Source: Thermoplasmatales archaeon (GTDB lineage: Archaea; Thermoplasmatota; Thermoplasmata; Thermoplasmatales; Thermoplasmataceae). Taken from it: a DNA stretch of 64,000 nucleotides. The translations under genes and the position numbers were made by a program. Below, in pieces: positions 19,108-29,416 of the stretch. A model generated the notes under the pieces. That model searched no databases and was not told where the DNA came from. It saw only the letters and a program-made list of their open reading frames with translations. Position 1 is the stretch's first letter, and the number at the start of each line of letters is the position of its first letter. Where the stretch lies: the NCBI GenBank assembly GCA_027310185.1, contig DAIDBH010000014.1:64001-128000 (forward strand), given 5' to 3'.

Positions 19108-19755
19108 ATGGCAAGGTTGGGAATTTACACCCTTGATTTCAGATTCTATTATAGAGTGCTTCATCTATTGAAAGAATGGGACGTGCCTTTTGTTTCCATA
19201 GAAAAGCCTGGTGATATTCCCTCAGATGTACCTGTTGTACTAAGTTCTGTTGATGATATTTATATTCAATTTGAGCAGATTCGGGATAATGATGCAATGA
19301 GGGCAATAAGACGGGCAGTACCATACCTGCTGGACAAGAAATTATTCAACGAGATATTCATAGGAATTGATCCTGGACCCAAGCCCGGTGTGGCTGTGCT
19401 TGCAGATAGAGTTTTGATTGAGGCGTTTGAGCTAGGTGATGTCTTTTCTGTTGCGGAAAACATAGAGAATATAATAACGGGGTATAACACTAATTTTATG
19501 TCCATAAGAATAGGAAATGGAGATAAGCCAAACAGGGAGAAGATAATCCAGGAACTTAGAAATGTGGATGTACCGATTGATATTGTTGATGAGGATGGAA
19601 CAAGTATGCCCCATAAAACTCATGATAATATCATCTCAGCTGCAAGGATAGCAAATATAGAGAATTTTAACAAAGAAAAAGTATCACGAACGAAGAAAAG
19701 CAAGAGAAGAACACAGATAGAAAAAGAGTTTGTGACAATTAAAGCGTTCTTTTAA
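19108..19755 (+). CDS. Conserved protein with a YqgF/Tex-like RNase H-fold domain
   Basis: IGIDPG, IGNGD, VDEDGTS and DNIISAARIA motifs. Confidence 0.7.
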   Translation: MARLGIYTLDFRFYYRVLHLLKEWDVPFVSIEKPGDIPSDVPVVLSSVDDIYIQFEQIRDNDAMRAIRRAVPYLLDKKLFNEIFIGIDPGPKPGVAVLADRVLIEAFELGDVFSVAENIENIITGYNTNFMSIRIGNGDKPNREKIIQELRNVDVPIDIVDEDGTSMPHKTHDNIISAARIANIENFNKEKVSRTKKSKRRTQIEKEFVTIKAFF

Positions 19756-20637
19756 TTATTTTTTAGCAATCTTCTTTGGTTTTTCCTTTCTATTCCTCCA
19801 TTTAGGTTGCTTTGTACCTCTTCCTCTGCCAGAGGACAGAACTAGAAAAACCATGAATACGATTACTACTCCTGAAATATAGTATATCCAGTTATAGTTT
19901 GCAGGTGTTCCATAGAAGAACTTTGATGAGTATGAAACTGAAACACCGTTTTTATAGGAAGCTGCATTTAGGACCTTCACCTCAAGGGTATTTACCTTAC
20001 CGTAATCGAGAACTTTTGAACTGACGGTGATGTTTAGTTTTTCCTTCGAATAAGGAGTAAGCTTGCTGATCGTATCCGTTTTGAATGTTGCTCCGTTTAT
20101 TATGAAGCTTATTGAAACATTGTAATATGGTATGTAATTTGAATTATACACTTCAGCGTATAACTTTACAGGAGCGTAAACACTTACGTGGAAGTTTGAT
20201 GTGTAATTGACAGGAGTTCCATAGAAAGTTGCGGTGAGAAATACTGTACCATATATTGTCTGGTTATCTGCCTGAGGGGCTGTAATGTTAAATTCGAAAT
20301 AACCAGTTGCAGAGGTCTCATGCGTTGAGTTAAGTGGTGACATTCCCGCATCATAGTTTGCTCCCAGATATAATGTAGCAGTATAATTAGAATAGCCTGA
20401 TGTTGCATTTACAAACATTGTGAAATGCTGTCCCTCATAAACTGCAGAAATTGGAGACAATACTGCTGAAAAACCATTAGTCGATGTGTAGGGTATTGCC
20501 TCTCTGGCCAGAACTCTTGGAGAAAATCTATCATTTTGGTGTGTAAGATTAGAATTCTGTGTAAGAAATGTTGATGGAACAGCCATGACTATCAGCGCAA
20601 ATGCGATTAAGATTATGATTACTGATTTCTTATTCAT
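19756..20637 (-). CDS. Exported, C-terminally anchored beta-sandwich glycoprotein (AglB-associated)
   Basis: Signal peptide, many NxS/T sequons, C-terminal TM plus Lys/Arg tail; ATGA overlap with aglB. Confidence 0.8.
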   Translation of the reverse strand: MNKKSVIIILIAFALIVMAVPSTFLTQNSNLTHQNDRFSPRVLAREAIPYTSTNGFSAVLSPISAVYEGQHFTMFVNATSGYSNYTATLYLGANYDAGMSPLNSTHETSATGYFEFNITAPQADNQTIYGTVFLTATFYGTPVNYTSNFHVSVYAPVKLYAEVYNSNYIPYYNVSISFIINGATFKTDTISKLTPYSKEKLNITVSSKVLDYGKVNTLEVKVLNAASYKNGVSVSYSSKFFYGTPANYNWIYYISGVVIVFMVFLVLSSGRGRGTKQPKWRNRKEKPKKIAKK

Positions 20638-23600
20638 TTTCTCTTTCTCCCCCTTATAGCAACTCCAGCTATCCCACCAATTACCGCTATGGCGATTATG
20701 ATAAGCCCGTACTCAACTGTTACAAATGGATCACCAGTATAGTTAGATAAGATCCCGGGTCCCTTTGAGTAAACAGTTATTCCGGGTGCACCTGGAGATG
20801 TGTAATGAATACTGACATATCTCACAACGCTGGTATTTGTCAGGTTCGCATTAATGGTGATATCAAATGAAGGCGATGGAACTTTTCCAGGCTTGAAAAC
20901 AATATTTATCACCTTTGTTTGGGAATAATTCAATGTTATGTATCGAACCGTGTTCCCATTATACTGGAAACTCACATTCCAGGAATCGTGAATCAATGTC
21001 TGAATACTTGATGAATTCATTGAAAGACTGATATTATCGACGGAGTTCCCCATATTAATGAGTTTATATGATAATACTGATGTTCCGTTATTGTAACTTG
21101 GAGCCGTGTAAACCTGCTTTATTTCAAAGTTTGCATATTTAGTTATGTTGACCTTAACGAAATCTTGAGTGGGTCCTCCAGAGTATTTGATTTCTACTGG
21201 GATTTTGTTTATTCCCTCCGGTACCATTGCAGTATTGTTCAGTACCAATCGCAATTTTACTGAACCGTTTATTGGTAGATTATTTATCGTAGTCCTATTA
21301 AATTTCATAGCCCAGACACTGCTCCCTGAAGATAATGTTATATTTTCCATGGAGTTTATGTGATTCGTTAATGTTAGGTAATAGGTTACAGAGTTATATT
21401 CTGATGTTTTACTTATGGTATTCTGGGATATGGTTATATTTCCCAATAAAACCTTGCTCAGTATCAGATTAATGTCTTTTGTTGTATTTGTGAATACTGT
21501 CTTTGAAGCTTCATATAAATAAGATGTCTTGAATCCATTTACAGTTGCACTACTTGAGACATATGATGAAAATGAATAATTCTCTGATGGTAAAATTAAG
21601 GGATACCCATCGGATGTTACCCTAAATAGCTCATTATAAAGTGTCACATTTACAGATAAGGCCTTTTCGACCCCAGATACATATGTAAACAGTGATACCA
21701 AATGACCATTTGATGCTATCAGTGTAATGTTCTGTTCGTTGACGAATGGATTGATTGTGATTGTTCCAGTTCCAGCCTTCATGTACTGGGTAGAATATAC
21801 ATAGTAGGTGTAGTTTCCATTCGAAAGATCTACTGAGAAATTTCCATTGCCACTTGTGGTTGTCTTACTAATAAGAGAGCCGTTTCTATATATATTGACA
21901 AAGAAGCCAGAGTTAGAACCACTGTTAACATCTAATTTACCCTTAACATTTGTAGTGAATGTCTCATTCTTTATGTTGAGAGTCAGTGATGTTGGCCCAT
22001 TAAGCTGGATATTCCTACTTCCAGTTAACACATATTCCCCACTGTTACTGACAAGGTGAGCTGTCAAATTGACATTGTAACTGCCTGCTGGTAGTAAATT
22101 CTTCAACCCAGGCATCACAATTCTTTCTCCATTGTAAATAAGTGTAAGAGTTGCCGTTCCTTTTAAGTTATTAAGTATACTCAAATTATAGGATTGCATC
22201 AACGTTGCAGATATCGTCGTGTTTTGTGTAAGATGAACTTCCTGTATGGCCGATTTCACATTTCCTGAGATTGAGTATACTGTGTAATTACCAGGCAACA
22301 TTTCAGTTGGATTTGTAATTAATTCACCATTCTTTCCGTATATATACGCAGTGTTTACATTTACTATGGCCAGTGAAACTTCAGGTTTAAATGATACATT
22401 AATACTCTTATTTGTTGCACCAACGGTAAAAGAATTCGTGTAGTCGCTAGCAAACATGTTGCCACCCGTAACCGTGAATACGTAACTTCCAGAAGGCAGC
22501 CTGACTCTGGATGTTCCATTAATTATCTGGGATGTCTGTGATGTTGTACCACCTATGTTTATTTCACCATTTAAAGGAGAGGAATTGAGGATGGGTTTGA
22601 AATTTAAGGTAACTGATTTAAGATTCACATTGAGAGCTACGGCTACATTTTGATTCAACCTACTTGAACTACCAAAATATCCATCTCCATATACTCTTAG
22701 TGCAAAACCGTTTAATGAGGAACTCTGAGTGTAGATAGAAGCATATCCTCCAGAAACATTTGCTGCTTCGAAGGGATGCCCCGCCAGTTCAAAGATGCCT
22801 ATTCCAGAATTTAATGCAGACAGTGAATTAAAGCCCCTGGATATGCCAGGGTTATAAATCTCAATCTTTTCCACTGTTGCATTTTGAGGTGACAGATAAA
22901 CGTTTGAGCTTGTTGATATGGACTCTGCCTGTGATGCATAGTAGTCTTTTCCAGCTCTGGTTAAGGTTTCATATATTCCATAATTATTGCCTGAAGGTAG
23001 AATGAATGTAACATTTTTCAGTGTTGTACTTTCATACTGTAGAACAGTACTGCCATATATAACCCCAATTGATCCTGAATATTTGGAGAGATTCAGGTTA
23101 TTGTTTGTTATTGAGGTTGCATAACCTTTTACGAATGACATGCTGATGGTAGAAGTTTTATTTATGTTGTAGGAACCGAGTGCAACATAATTTCCACTTG
23201 TCTCATAGATCGTATAGTATCCTGGCGAGACCGTCCCTCTAAATTCATTGTATCCTAGATTTGTAAGGTTGGTATATGTACTCAGGTCGCCATTTTCAAG
23301 TATGGATAGATTACCTTTAACTACCGGACCCTTTAACAACACTGTAAGGTTCACCCCTAATTCAAGATTTATTGTCACGCTCTGGGTAGTATTCAACGAT
23401 GTGAAGGATACCTCATTTATGCTTGAAATCAGGTTACCAAGGCTTGCATTAATCTTGTATGTACCTGAATTTAATGCGACATATGCTTTCCCTGTACTGT
23501 TGGTCAGTAATTTTTCTTTTCCAACCATCACAGTGACGCCTGATGCAGGCTTACCTCCTGACTGAACGCTGATATCAAGCTTATTTTCATATACAAAAAG

Positions 23601-26600
23601 GTTTTTTGATATGCTTGATCCATTAGATATGGAAATGGTGTTTATGTTGCTATATATGGAGTTGTTTGAAATTACACTCACGTTATATGTCCCTATTGGA
23701 ATGTTAACAAACCTGTAATTTCCGTTCACTATGGAAGTTAAAAATTTCTGTCCAGACGTAGAATTGCTTATTTCCACATTGCCGCTTGTGACCTGTTGTG
23801 ATGTATATCCAGATGACTTTGGCTTTTCTAGGGTAACACTACCTGAGGCACCGGTACTTGCAGTTATAATGTTCTTTTGGATGTAATAGTTAGGCAATCC
23901 AGTTGTTTCATTTATTCCAACAACTTTTCTTTCTGCCATTGCCCTGCTTATAATTACCTTTTTAGCTGTTAAAAAGTTATTGCCCTCCAGGAACTCCTTG
24001 TTTAGGGCACCATATGAATAAATCAATGTATCATTTCCAGGCAGAACGGTGATATTATAGAATCCGTTCTTGTTGGTTACAATCGTGCTGTGTGGAATGT
24101 TATACTGATCATATACTGTTACCCTAATTCCTGGAAGCGGTAATCCACTGGGAGTTTTTACCTGGCCTTCTACTATAGCCCCTGGGAAGTATCTCAGTAT
24201 TGGATCTGATGACTGGATTATGGAAGAGAGACCGGGGAATATGAAAGCTGTTCCTTTCCCAGAATGTTCCAGAGAATATGCTTTTTGCAGTGAAATTATG
24301 GAAAAGTCGTTTGGGTGGCTTGTATAGTTAGTGTAGGGATTATAAGGAACTCCTTCGTAACATATTTCAAAATTGCTCATGTTAAAGGCCGGCTCCATTG
24401 TGTACTGGGAACTGCCATATGATAGACCGGGGATTCCATTTGTTTGACCAACTGCTGATGGCGGAAGACCGACAAGAGCTTTGTATATAGTGGTATTGTA
24501 AAATGCCGGTGTGTATCCGAGTTCATAGGAAGTTACTGTTGCTGTGACTGGAGTTTCGTTAAGTGGAAATGTTCCATTTGTCGTTACTGCATAAATCTGG
24601 TAATATTCATATGGAACGATAGCACCAGATGATGTCGTATATGCTGGTGTGTCAGTCAGATAGGCTGGTGCATAAAAGGTTCCGGTATCAGTTGCAGATA
24701 ATGGGAGCAATGTGTGGTCAACCTGTATGTACTGTATGCTCCAACCTGTAGCCTGCTGTATTTCCTGATAGAGATCAACAAGGTTAGGCAGACTAAGTTT
24801 GGAGGCTAGTTGACCTTTCTCCAGTGCATAATAGGCATTTGCTGATGTTATACTTGTGTTGAATTTTCCATATATAGTGGAATTATCCGCAATCCATTGC
24901 TTGTAATTCATTGGATTCTTATAGATATTTTCAAGCAATGTTATTTCTGAATTGTTGAAATATTGGGAGAATACACTTTGCAATTGCGGAGAAAACTTTC
25001 CGCTAGTGTTATCCAGGGATGCCTGCATAAGCCTTGATGAGAAAAGCGCAATTATCTGCGATTCATTGGTAGAAAGCAGAATTTGACCGGCTATCTGATA
25101 TGCCTGCTGAAAGTCATCAGCCACTGTAGGATGTTCTCCTTGATAAAGTTCCTGGAAACCATAATCCCACCAATCCACATAAGCAGGTTTATCAGCAAGT
25201 GACAGGTTTGCCTGCTGTTCTGCAAGCCATGCCATTGATAGGGATAGCGGAGAACTGCTGTTAGTTATTTGGGAACCCGTAGTCCCAAAATATGCGCTTT
25301 CATTGGCTAGATATGCTGGTGGTTTTGCAAAGGACGGTAATGCTGAATAAACCTGATGATTTACTTCTGGTGCAGAATTCACAGGCACGGCTGCGGACAT
25401 TACCCCAAGGCCTGAAGGTATTAATATTCCAAATACAACAATGATGACCATCACAGCCTGTAACCAGGATATATCTCCTTTTATACCACTCCTCTTTCTA
25501 AATGCTTTCTTGGTCCTGGTATCATCCTTTACGTTGGAGAGTTTAAGTATATCTGCGAAGTAGTAAAGGAGTGCACCTCCCATTATTGCGTATGCGGGTG
25601 ATGCAGTTATATTGAATCTGGCAGCTGTAAAACTCATATAAATAGACACGGCCGAGAAGATGATTAAAAATGCAAGAGAATCGGTCTTCTCTTTGATGAA
25701 TTTGTAGATAACAAACATGAAACCGCCAACACCAACTACAAATTGAGCGACACCAAATCCTCCTATATACTGACCGAGAGCTGGAGCTTGAGCTTCAGCT
25801 ATAGTTGAATATAGCTTTGTTTTTATGAAATATCCTTCACCGCTGATGATTTCTGAATACATGTGAGGAGATATAAAATATAGGCCTCCAACAAAGGCTG
25901 ATACGGTCAATACTAGCACGGGAATGGCAATGATCCATGGTTTTCTGCCTACTATGCCAATTAGGGCTGCAATGAATATCATCCCAACTCCAATTAGTAA
26001 AGGCGGCACATACCAGATTGCTGGAGCATTATCTGCAGCATAGTAATAATACCCTCCCATTGCGAATGATAGGAACACGAATATAATGCTTATATAAAGA
26101 AGATATCCGGTGTTCCTTGAAAGAAAGAGGTTTATCAATAACTGTGCCACGACATAAATTGTTATGATTGCCAGTATGTATGCATGACCCTGCCATGACA
26201 GCATGAGGGCCCCGTAAGAAGCACCCGCGAACAGGGCATAAAAGGTGGATTTCTTATTTGATCTAATATAGTTCATTATGCTGGAATAATAGTTGTTGAC
26301 TTTCAGTAAACTCCCCTCTATTATTCTGTTCTTGTTTGCATAATGAACGGCTCTTTCGAAGAAATAAATGGCAAAAAATGCGAATATAAGTTCTGGAGTG
26401 TGCATTCTTCCGTCAGAGAGTATACCAGATGTAAGATTACTTGGCATAAGAGTGTACAGAACTGCACCTATCATTCCAGCTTTTCTTCCAAGTATACTTT
26501 TTCCAAGCATATAGACTGGAATTATCAGTAGGGCCCCAAATACTGCATCGAACTCCATGAATGAATAATAGGCTGCGTGCAAAGCCCCACCAAAAATAGG

Positions 26601-26921
26601 TGCGGTTATTGTTGCAACAAATGCTATCATCCAGTGGAAAAACAATGGCCTTGGATCTCCTGAACCTATTGGGTAGTTTAGCCCGCTGGTATGAAGCAGA
26701 GAAACGTGAGTTGTAAGTATCTGTATAATTATGTAATAATTAAAATAGGGATCACTTCCACCAGAGAAATTCGCGTATCCGTTTAAGAATGACTGCCCCC
26801 ACATATAATAATTGGATAGGAACATGTATAGGGAAAACAGCAACAGGATTCCTGCGAACTCCCAATTACGGCTGAACCAGCCTTTAAATTTTTTTATAGA
26901 TTCAATTTCCTGGAGTTCCAT
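20634..26921 (-). CDS. aglB: Oligosaccharyltransferase AglB/STT3 with a long C-terminal beta-sandwich extension and TM anchor
   Basis: GSDPY, TIAE, AARF and WWDYG motifs; multi-TM N-terminal domain; 2095 aa. Confidence 0.93.
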   Translation of the reverse strand: MELQEIESIKKFKGWFSRNWEFAGILLLFSLYMFLSNYYMWGQSFLNGYANFSGGSDPYFNYYIIIQILTTHVSLLHTSGLNYPIGSGDPRPLFFHWMIAFVATITAPIFGGALHAAYYSFMEFDAVFGALLIIPVYMLGKSILGRKAGMIGAVLYTLMPSNLTSGILSDGRMHTPELIFAFFAIYFFERAVHYANKNRIIEGSLLKVNNYYSSIMNYIRSNKKSTFYALFAGASYGALMLSWQGHAYILAIITIYVVAQLLINLFLSRNTGYLLYISIIFVFLSFAMGGYYYYAADNAPAIWYVPPLLIGVGMIFIAALIGIVGRKPWIIAIPVLVLTVSAFVGGLYFISPHMYSEIISGEGYFIKTKLYSTIAEAQAPALGQYIGGFGVAQFVVGVGGFMFVIYKFIKEKTDSLAFLIIFSAVSIYMSFTAARFNITASPAYAIMGGALLYYFADILKLSNVKDDTRTKKAFRKRSGIKGDISWLQAVMVIIVVFGILIPSGLGVMSAAVPVNSAPEVNHQVYSALPSFAKPPAYLANESAYFGTTGSQITNSSSPLSLSMAWLAEQQANLSLADKPAYVDWWDYGFQELYQGEHPTVADDFQQAYQIAGQILLSTNESQIIALFSSRLMQASLDNTSGKFSPQLQSVFSQYFNNSEITLLENIYKNPMNYKQWIADNSTIYGKFNTSITSANAYYALEKGQLASKLSLPNLVDLYQEIQQATGWSIQYIQVDHTLLPLSATDTGTFYAPAYLTDTPAYTTSSGAIVPYEYYQIYAVTTNGTFPLNETPVTATVTSYELGYTPAFYNTTIYKALVGLPPSAVGQTNGIPGLSYGSSQYTMEPAFNMSNFEICYEGVPYNPYTNYTSHPNDFSIISLQKAYSLEHSGKGTAFIFPGLSSIIQSSDPILRYFPGAIVEGQVKTPSGLPLPGIRVTVYDQYNIPHSTIVTNKNGFYNITVLPGNDTLIYSYGALNKEFLEGNNFLTAKKVIISRAMAERKVVGINETTGLPNYYIQKNIITASTGASGSVTLEKPKSSGYTSQQVTSGNVEISNSTSGQKFLTSIVNGNYRFVNIPIGTYNVSVISNNSIYSNINTISISNGSSISKNLFVYENKLDISVQSGGKPASGVTVMVGKEKLLTNSTGKAYVALNSGTYKINASLGNLISSINEVSFTSLNTTQSVTINLELGVNLTVLLKGPVVKGNLSILENGDLSTYTNLTNLGYNEFRGTVSPGYYTIYETSGNYVALGSYNINKTSTISMSFVKGYATSITNNNLNLSKYSGSIGVIYGSTVLQYESTTLKNVTFILPSGNNYGIYETLTRAGKDYYASQAESISTSSNVYLSPQNATVEKIEIYNPGISRGFNSLSALNSGIGIFELAGHPFEAANVSGGYASIYTQSSSLNGFALRVYGDGYFGSSSRLNQNVAVALNVNLKSVTLNFKPILNSSPLNGEINIGGTTSQTSQIINGTSRVRLPSGSYVFTVTGGNMFASDYTNSFTVGATNKSINVSFKPEVSLAIVNVNTAYIYGKNGELITNPTEMLPGNYTVYSISGNVKSAIQEVHLTQNTTISATLMQSYNLSILNNLKGTATLTLIYNGERIVMPGLKNLLPAGSYNVNLTAHLVSNSGEYVLTGSRNIQLNGPTSLTLNIKNETFTTNVKGKLDVNSGSNSGFFVNIYRNGSLISKTTTSGNGNFSVDLSNGNYTYYVYSTQYMKAGTGTITINPFVNEQNITLIASNGHLVSLFTYVSGVEKALSVNVTLYNELFRVTSDGYPLILPSENYSFSSYVSSSATVNGFKTSYLYEASKTVFTNTTKDINLILSKVLLGNITISQNTISKTSEYNSVTYYLTLTNHINSMENITLSSGSSVWAMKFNRTTINNLPINGSVKLRLVLNNTAMVPEGINKIPVEIKYSGGPTQDFVKVNITKYANFEIKQVYTAPSYNNGTSVLSYKLINMGNSVDNISLSMNSSSIQTLIHDSWNVSFQYNGNTVRYITLNYSQTKVINIVFKPGKVPSPSFDITINANLTNTSVVRYVSIHYTSPGAPGITVYSKGPGILSNYTGDPFVTVEYGLIIIAIAVIGGIAGVAIRGRKRK

Positions 26922-27019
26922 TTCTTGACTACCGAAAACGCTAATACAATTGAACTATTAAAATGTTTAAGAATATTCGCCCCATTGGTTTCCCTTGATA
27001 ATTGAGATTTTCAGCCGGC

Positions 27020-28612
27020 TCAAGCTGAATTTGAGTTTATTAAGATCGACTTCAAACTTAATTCCATAAAAGAGACTGGAAATGGTATCTTAAATTTCTC
27101 CAGTAATAGTGGATGTACTTCACCGATTAGGTTGGACGATGAATTATTTTGAGTTAAGACTATATTGCCTGATCTTCCATTAATAAAGTGATCGTTATTC
27201 AATGGTTTAATTTCGAAGGATGTAATATTCGCAGCTCGAAGCATAGCATCCAGAACACCTTTAATTGTGTCAAAAGAAATTGATTTTCCGCTCATTATGC
27301 AACCTATAGAAGTTTCCTGTGCTCCGTCTTCTTTTATGCAGTCACCTATCTCGAACAATGTCTGTGGGAAAGGTTCAGCCCTGTTCCTTTCGATTGTCCC
27401 CATCAAGCTTGGCAGTAAATCCTGCCTTATTTTACTGAAATCAGAACTCTTTGGGTTATGTATTGTATAAAATTGTGCTAGTTCACTCGAATCTGAAAGT
27501 ACAAAGTTTTTTACCTCCTGAAACCCCATCCCAATCATGATATTTCTCAGTGCATTAGATGCGTGGTTAATTTCATTTTCTTTTCCTATGAAGTTATTCT
27601 TCAATACTCCCTCATGAACATTTTCAATGCCATATCCTTTTATGAAATCTTCTATAATGTCAACCTCACCCATTATATCTATCCTGCTAATGGGAATAGG
27701 ACAGTAGCCATTATTGTATCTAATTCCCATTTTGCTTAAAGTTTTAAATATAGTATCTTCCTCTGCATCTATTCCTGCTATTTTTTTTATATAGTCTGGT
27801 GAGATTTTAATTTTTTTTGTGATTATGTTTTCAAGATATCTTGAATAGTTTTCAGGTAATGAGATATTTACACCCTTACTTACGAAATAGCCCGCCATTA
27901 ACCTGAACCCAAGATCTAATCCCTGCTGTGAAGTTGCAGTTATGTCCACAAGCATTCTCCCGGTATTGGGAGTTACCCTGGTTCTAAACGTATTGAAAAA
28001 TGGTGGAACTGAAATGATGCCGGACTTGTCGGAAACACCCACTACTTCATCTTTGTTATATAATGATTGATACCGTATCCCCTTCTCGTGCTTGTTCAAT
28101 AGTTCAGAAATCTTTCCTGTCATTCCATCATAAGTCGTTATAACTTCACTTATGTCTATGGGGCCGTATGCTATTTCTCCCCTAATGGCAGATAAATCAT
28201 GAACACCGATGGCAAATTTACTTCTATTCTTTCCTACTGACTCGGAAACTCGATCTGAATATTCCAAAAAATCTTTATAAATTGTTTCTTGATTGTTGGA
28301 TGAGCTAAGATTTTCTGTCTCGAAAATAATGAAGTACGGTCGTGTGCGTGCATGATGAATCGAAATATTTTCCTTCTTCAAGGAAATTTTACCTTCTCTT
28401 ATTTTTCCACTTTTATAGGTTTGGAAACATCTTGACAGAGACCCTATGGAATACAGATCGGGTCTATCTGGATTTAACTCTATTTTTATATCATCTTCCA
28501 GTTGAGGCTCGAAACTGAATCCGATTATTCTTGAAAACTTATAAATATTTTGCTTCCAATCTAAACCGAAGTATTCCTCCATTGCTTCACGGTTTGATCT
28601 TATAACTACCAT
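27020..28612 (-). CDS. pheT: Phenylalanyl-tRNA synthetase beta subunit
   Basis: ELNPDRPDLYS, AIGVHD, RIDIMGEVDIIED, FEIGD, GEVHP. Confidence 0.92.
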   Translation of the reverse strand: MVVIRSNREAMEEYFGLDWKQNIYKFSRIIGFSFEPQLEDDIKIELNPDRPDLYSIGSLSRCFQTYKSGKIREGKISLKKENISIHHARTRPYFIIFETENLSSSNNQETIYKDFLEYSDRVSESVGKNRSKFAIGVHDLSAIRGEIAYGPIDISEVITTYDGMTGKISELLNKHEKGIRYQSLYNKDEVVGVSDKSGIISVPPFFNTFRTRVTPNTGRMLVDITATSQQGLDLGFRLMAGYFVSKGVNISLPENYSRYLENIITKKIKISPDYIKKIAGIDAEEDTIFKTLSKMGIRYNNGYCPIPISRIDIMGEVDIIEDFIKGYGIENVHEGVLKNNFIGKENEINHASNALRNIMIGMGFQEVKNFVLSDSSELAQFYTIHNPKSSDFSKIRQDLLPSLMGTIERNRAEPFPQTLFEIGDCIKEDGAQETSIGCIMSGKSISFDTIKGVLDAMLRAANITSFEIKPLNNDHFINGRSGNIVLTQNNSSSNLIGEVHPLLLEKFKIPFPVSFMELSLKSILINSNSA

Positions 28613-28617
28613 ATGGA

Positions 28618-28944
28618 TCAGTCCCTCTTCTCCCTTCCTATGCTCTCGCCCTCATTGCTGATCTTATTCCTGGTATATTCCTTTAATACACTTCTGATTA
28701 GATCATCGATAGATACAGCTTCTCCTCTCTGCAATAAAGTGTTCAGGTCATCTACCATTTTTCTTGTCAACTGGACTTCAACTTTCTTATTGATTCCTTC
28801 ATCATCATTTTTTTCCAGAAATTCTCTTAATGCAATCCTTATTATTTCGGAGATGCTTTCATAATTATACCTGTCTAAAAGTTTCTCCATTCTGTCCATG
28901 TCTTCTTCTGATAACCTGATTGTTATTCTATAAGGAACCGCCAT
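28618..28944 (-). CDS. Tandem ribbon-helix-helix (CopG-like) DNA-binding protein
   Basis: Two RHH units: RITIRL...SISEIIRIALREFL and KVEVQL...SIDDLIRSVLKEY. Confidence 0.85.
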   Translation of the reverse strand: MAVPYRITIRLSEEDMDRMEKLLDRYNYESISEIIRIALREFLEKNDDEGINKKVEVQLTRKMVDDLNTLLQRGEAVSIDDLIRSVLKEYTRNKISNEGESIGREKRD

Positions 28945-28957
28945 AATGAACCGCCAT
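28935..28957. repeat. 10-bp direct repeat (GAACCGCCAT x2, 13-bp period) overlapping the RHH start codon
   Basis: Copies read directly at 28935-28944 and 28948-28957. Confidence 0.8.
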
Positions 28958-29146
28958 TAAATATGTCTCATTAAGTTTATTCAGTTTATAAATATTTGTC
29001 CCAAAAATATCTACAGGTATAGAAAATCACAATTAGCCATCTTTCCTGAATAGGCTTTAACAAATAAAGCTCTCTATTATAAGTGACAATAGAACCCACT
29101 ACTTTAGTTTCATCTAATGCCTTTTTTTGTAGTTATGAAAGTGAAA

Positions 29147-29365
29147 TAACCAGAACTGGTTAGTCTGCTTTAAATGTAATATAAACCTGCTAAATATCAG
29201 TGTATAATTAAACTTTGAATTACCATAATCACAGGAGATATTTTGCAAAATATTCTAAATATCGTACAGATTGAATAGATATATTTTTCTCAATTAAACA
29301 CATTGTGAGTGAAAAAGAGACATAAGGAGTGAACTATATTCAGATAAAGTAGTTACAAAAACTAC
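29147..29365. promoter_or_regulatory. Operator-like inverted repeats upstream of tes
   Basis: TAACCAG-AA-CTGGTTA (29147-29162), ATATTTTGCAAAATAT (29238-29253), GTAGTT-N5-AACTAC (29349-29365); TATA-like TTTTAATA at about 29373. Function is inferred. Confidence 0.4.
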
Positions 29366-29416
29366 AAAACACTTTTAATATTGGAATGTCTACAATAGAA
29401 ATAAGGTGAAAAAAAA

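Noticed and set aside
28945-29416. Possible replication origin in the long AT-rich spacer
   Set aside because: No ORB-like repeats with G-strings and no adjacent orc1/cdc6.
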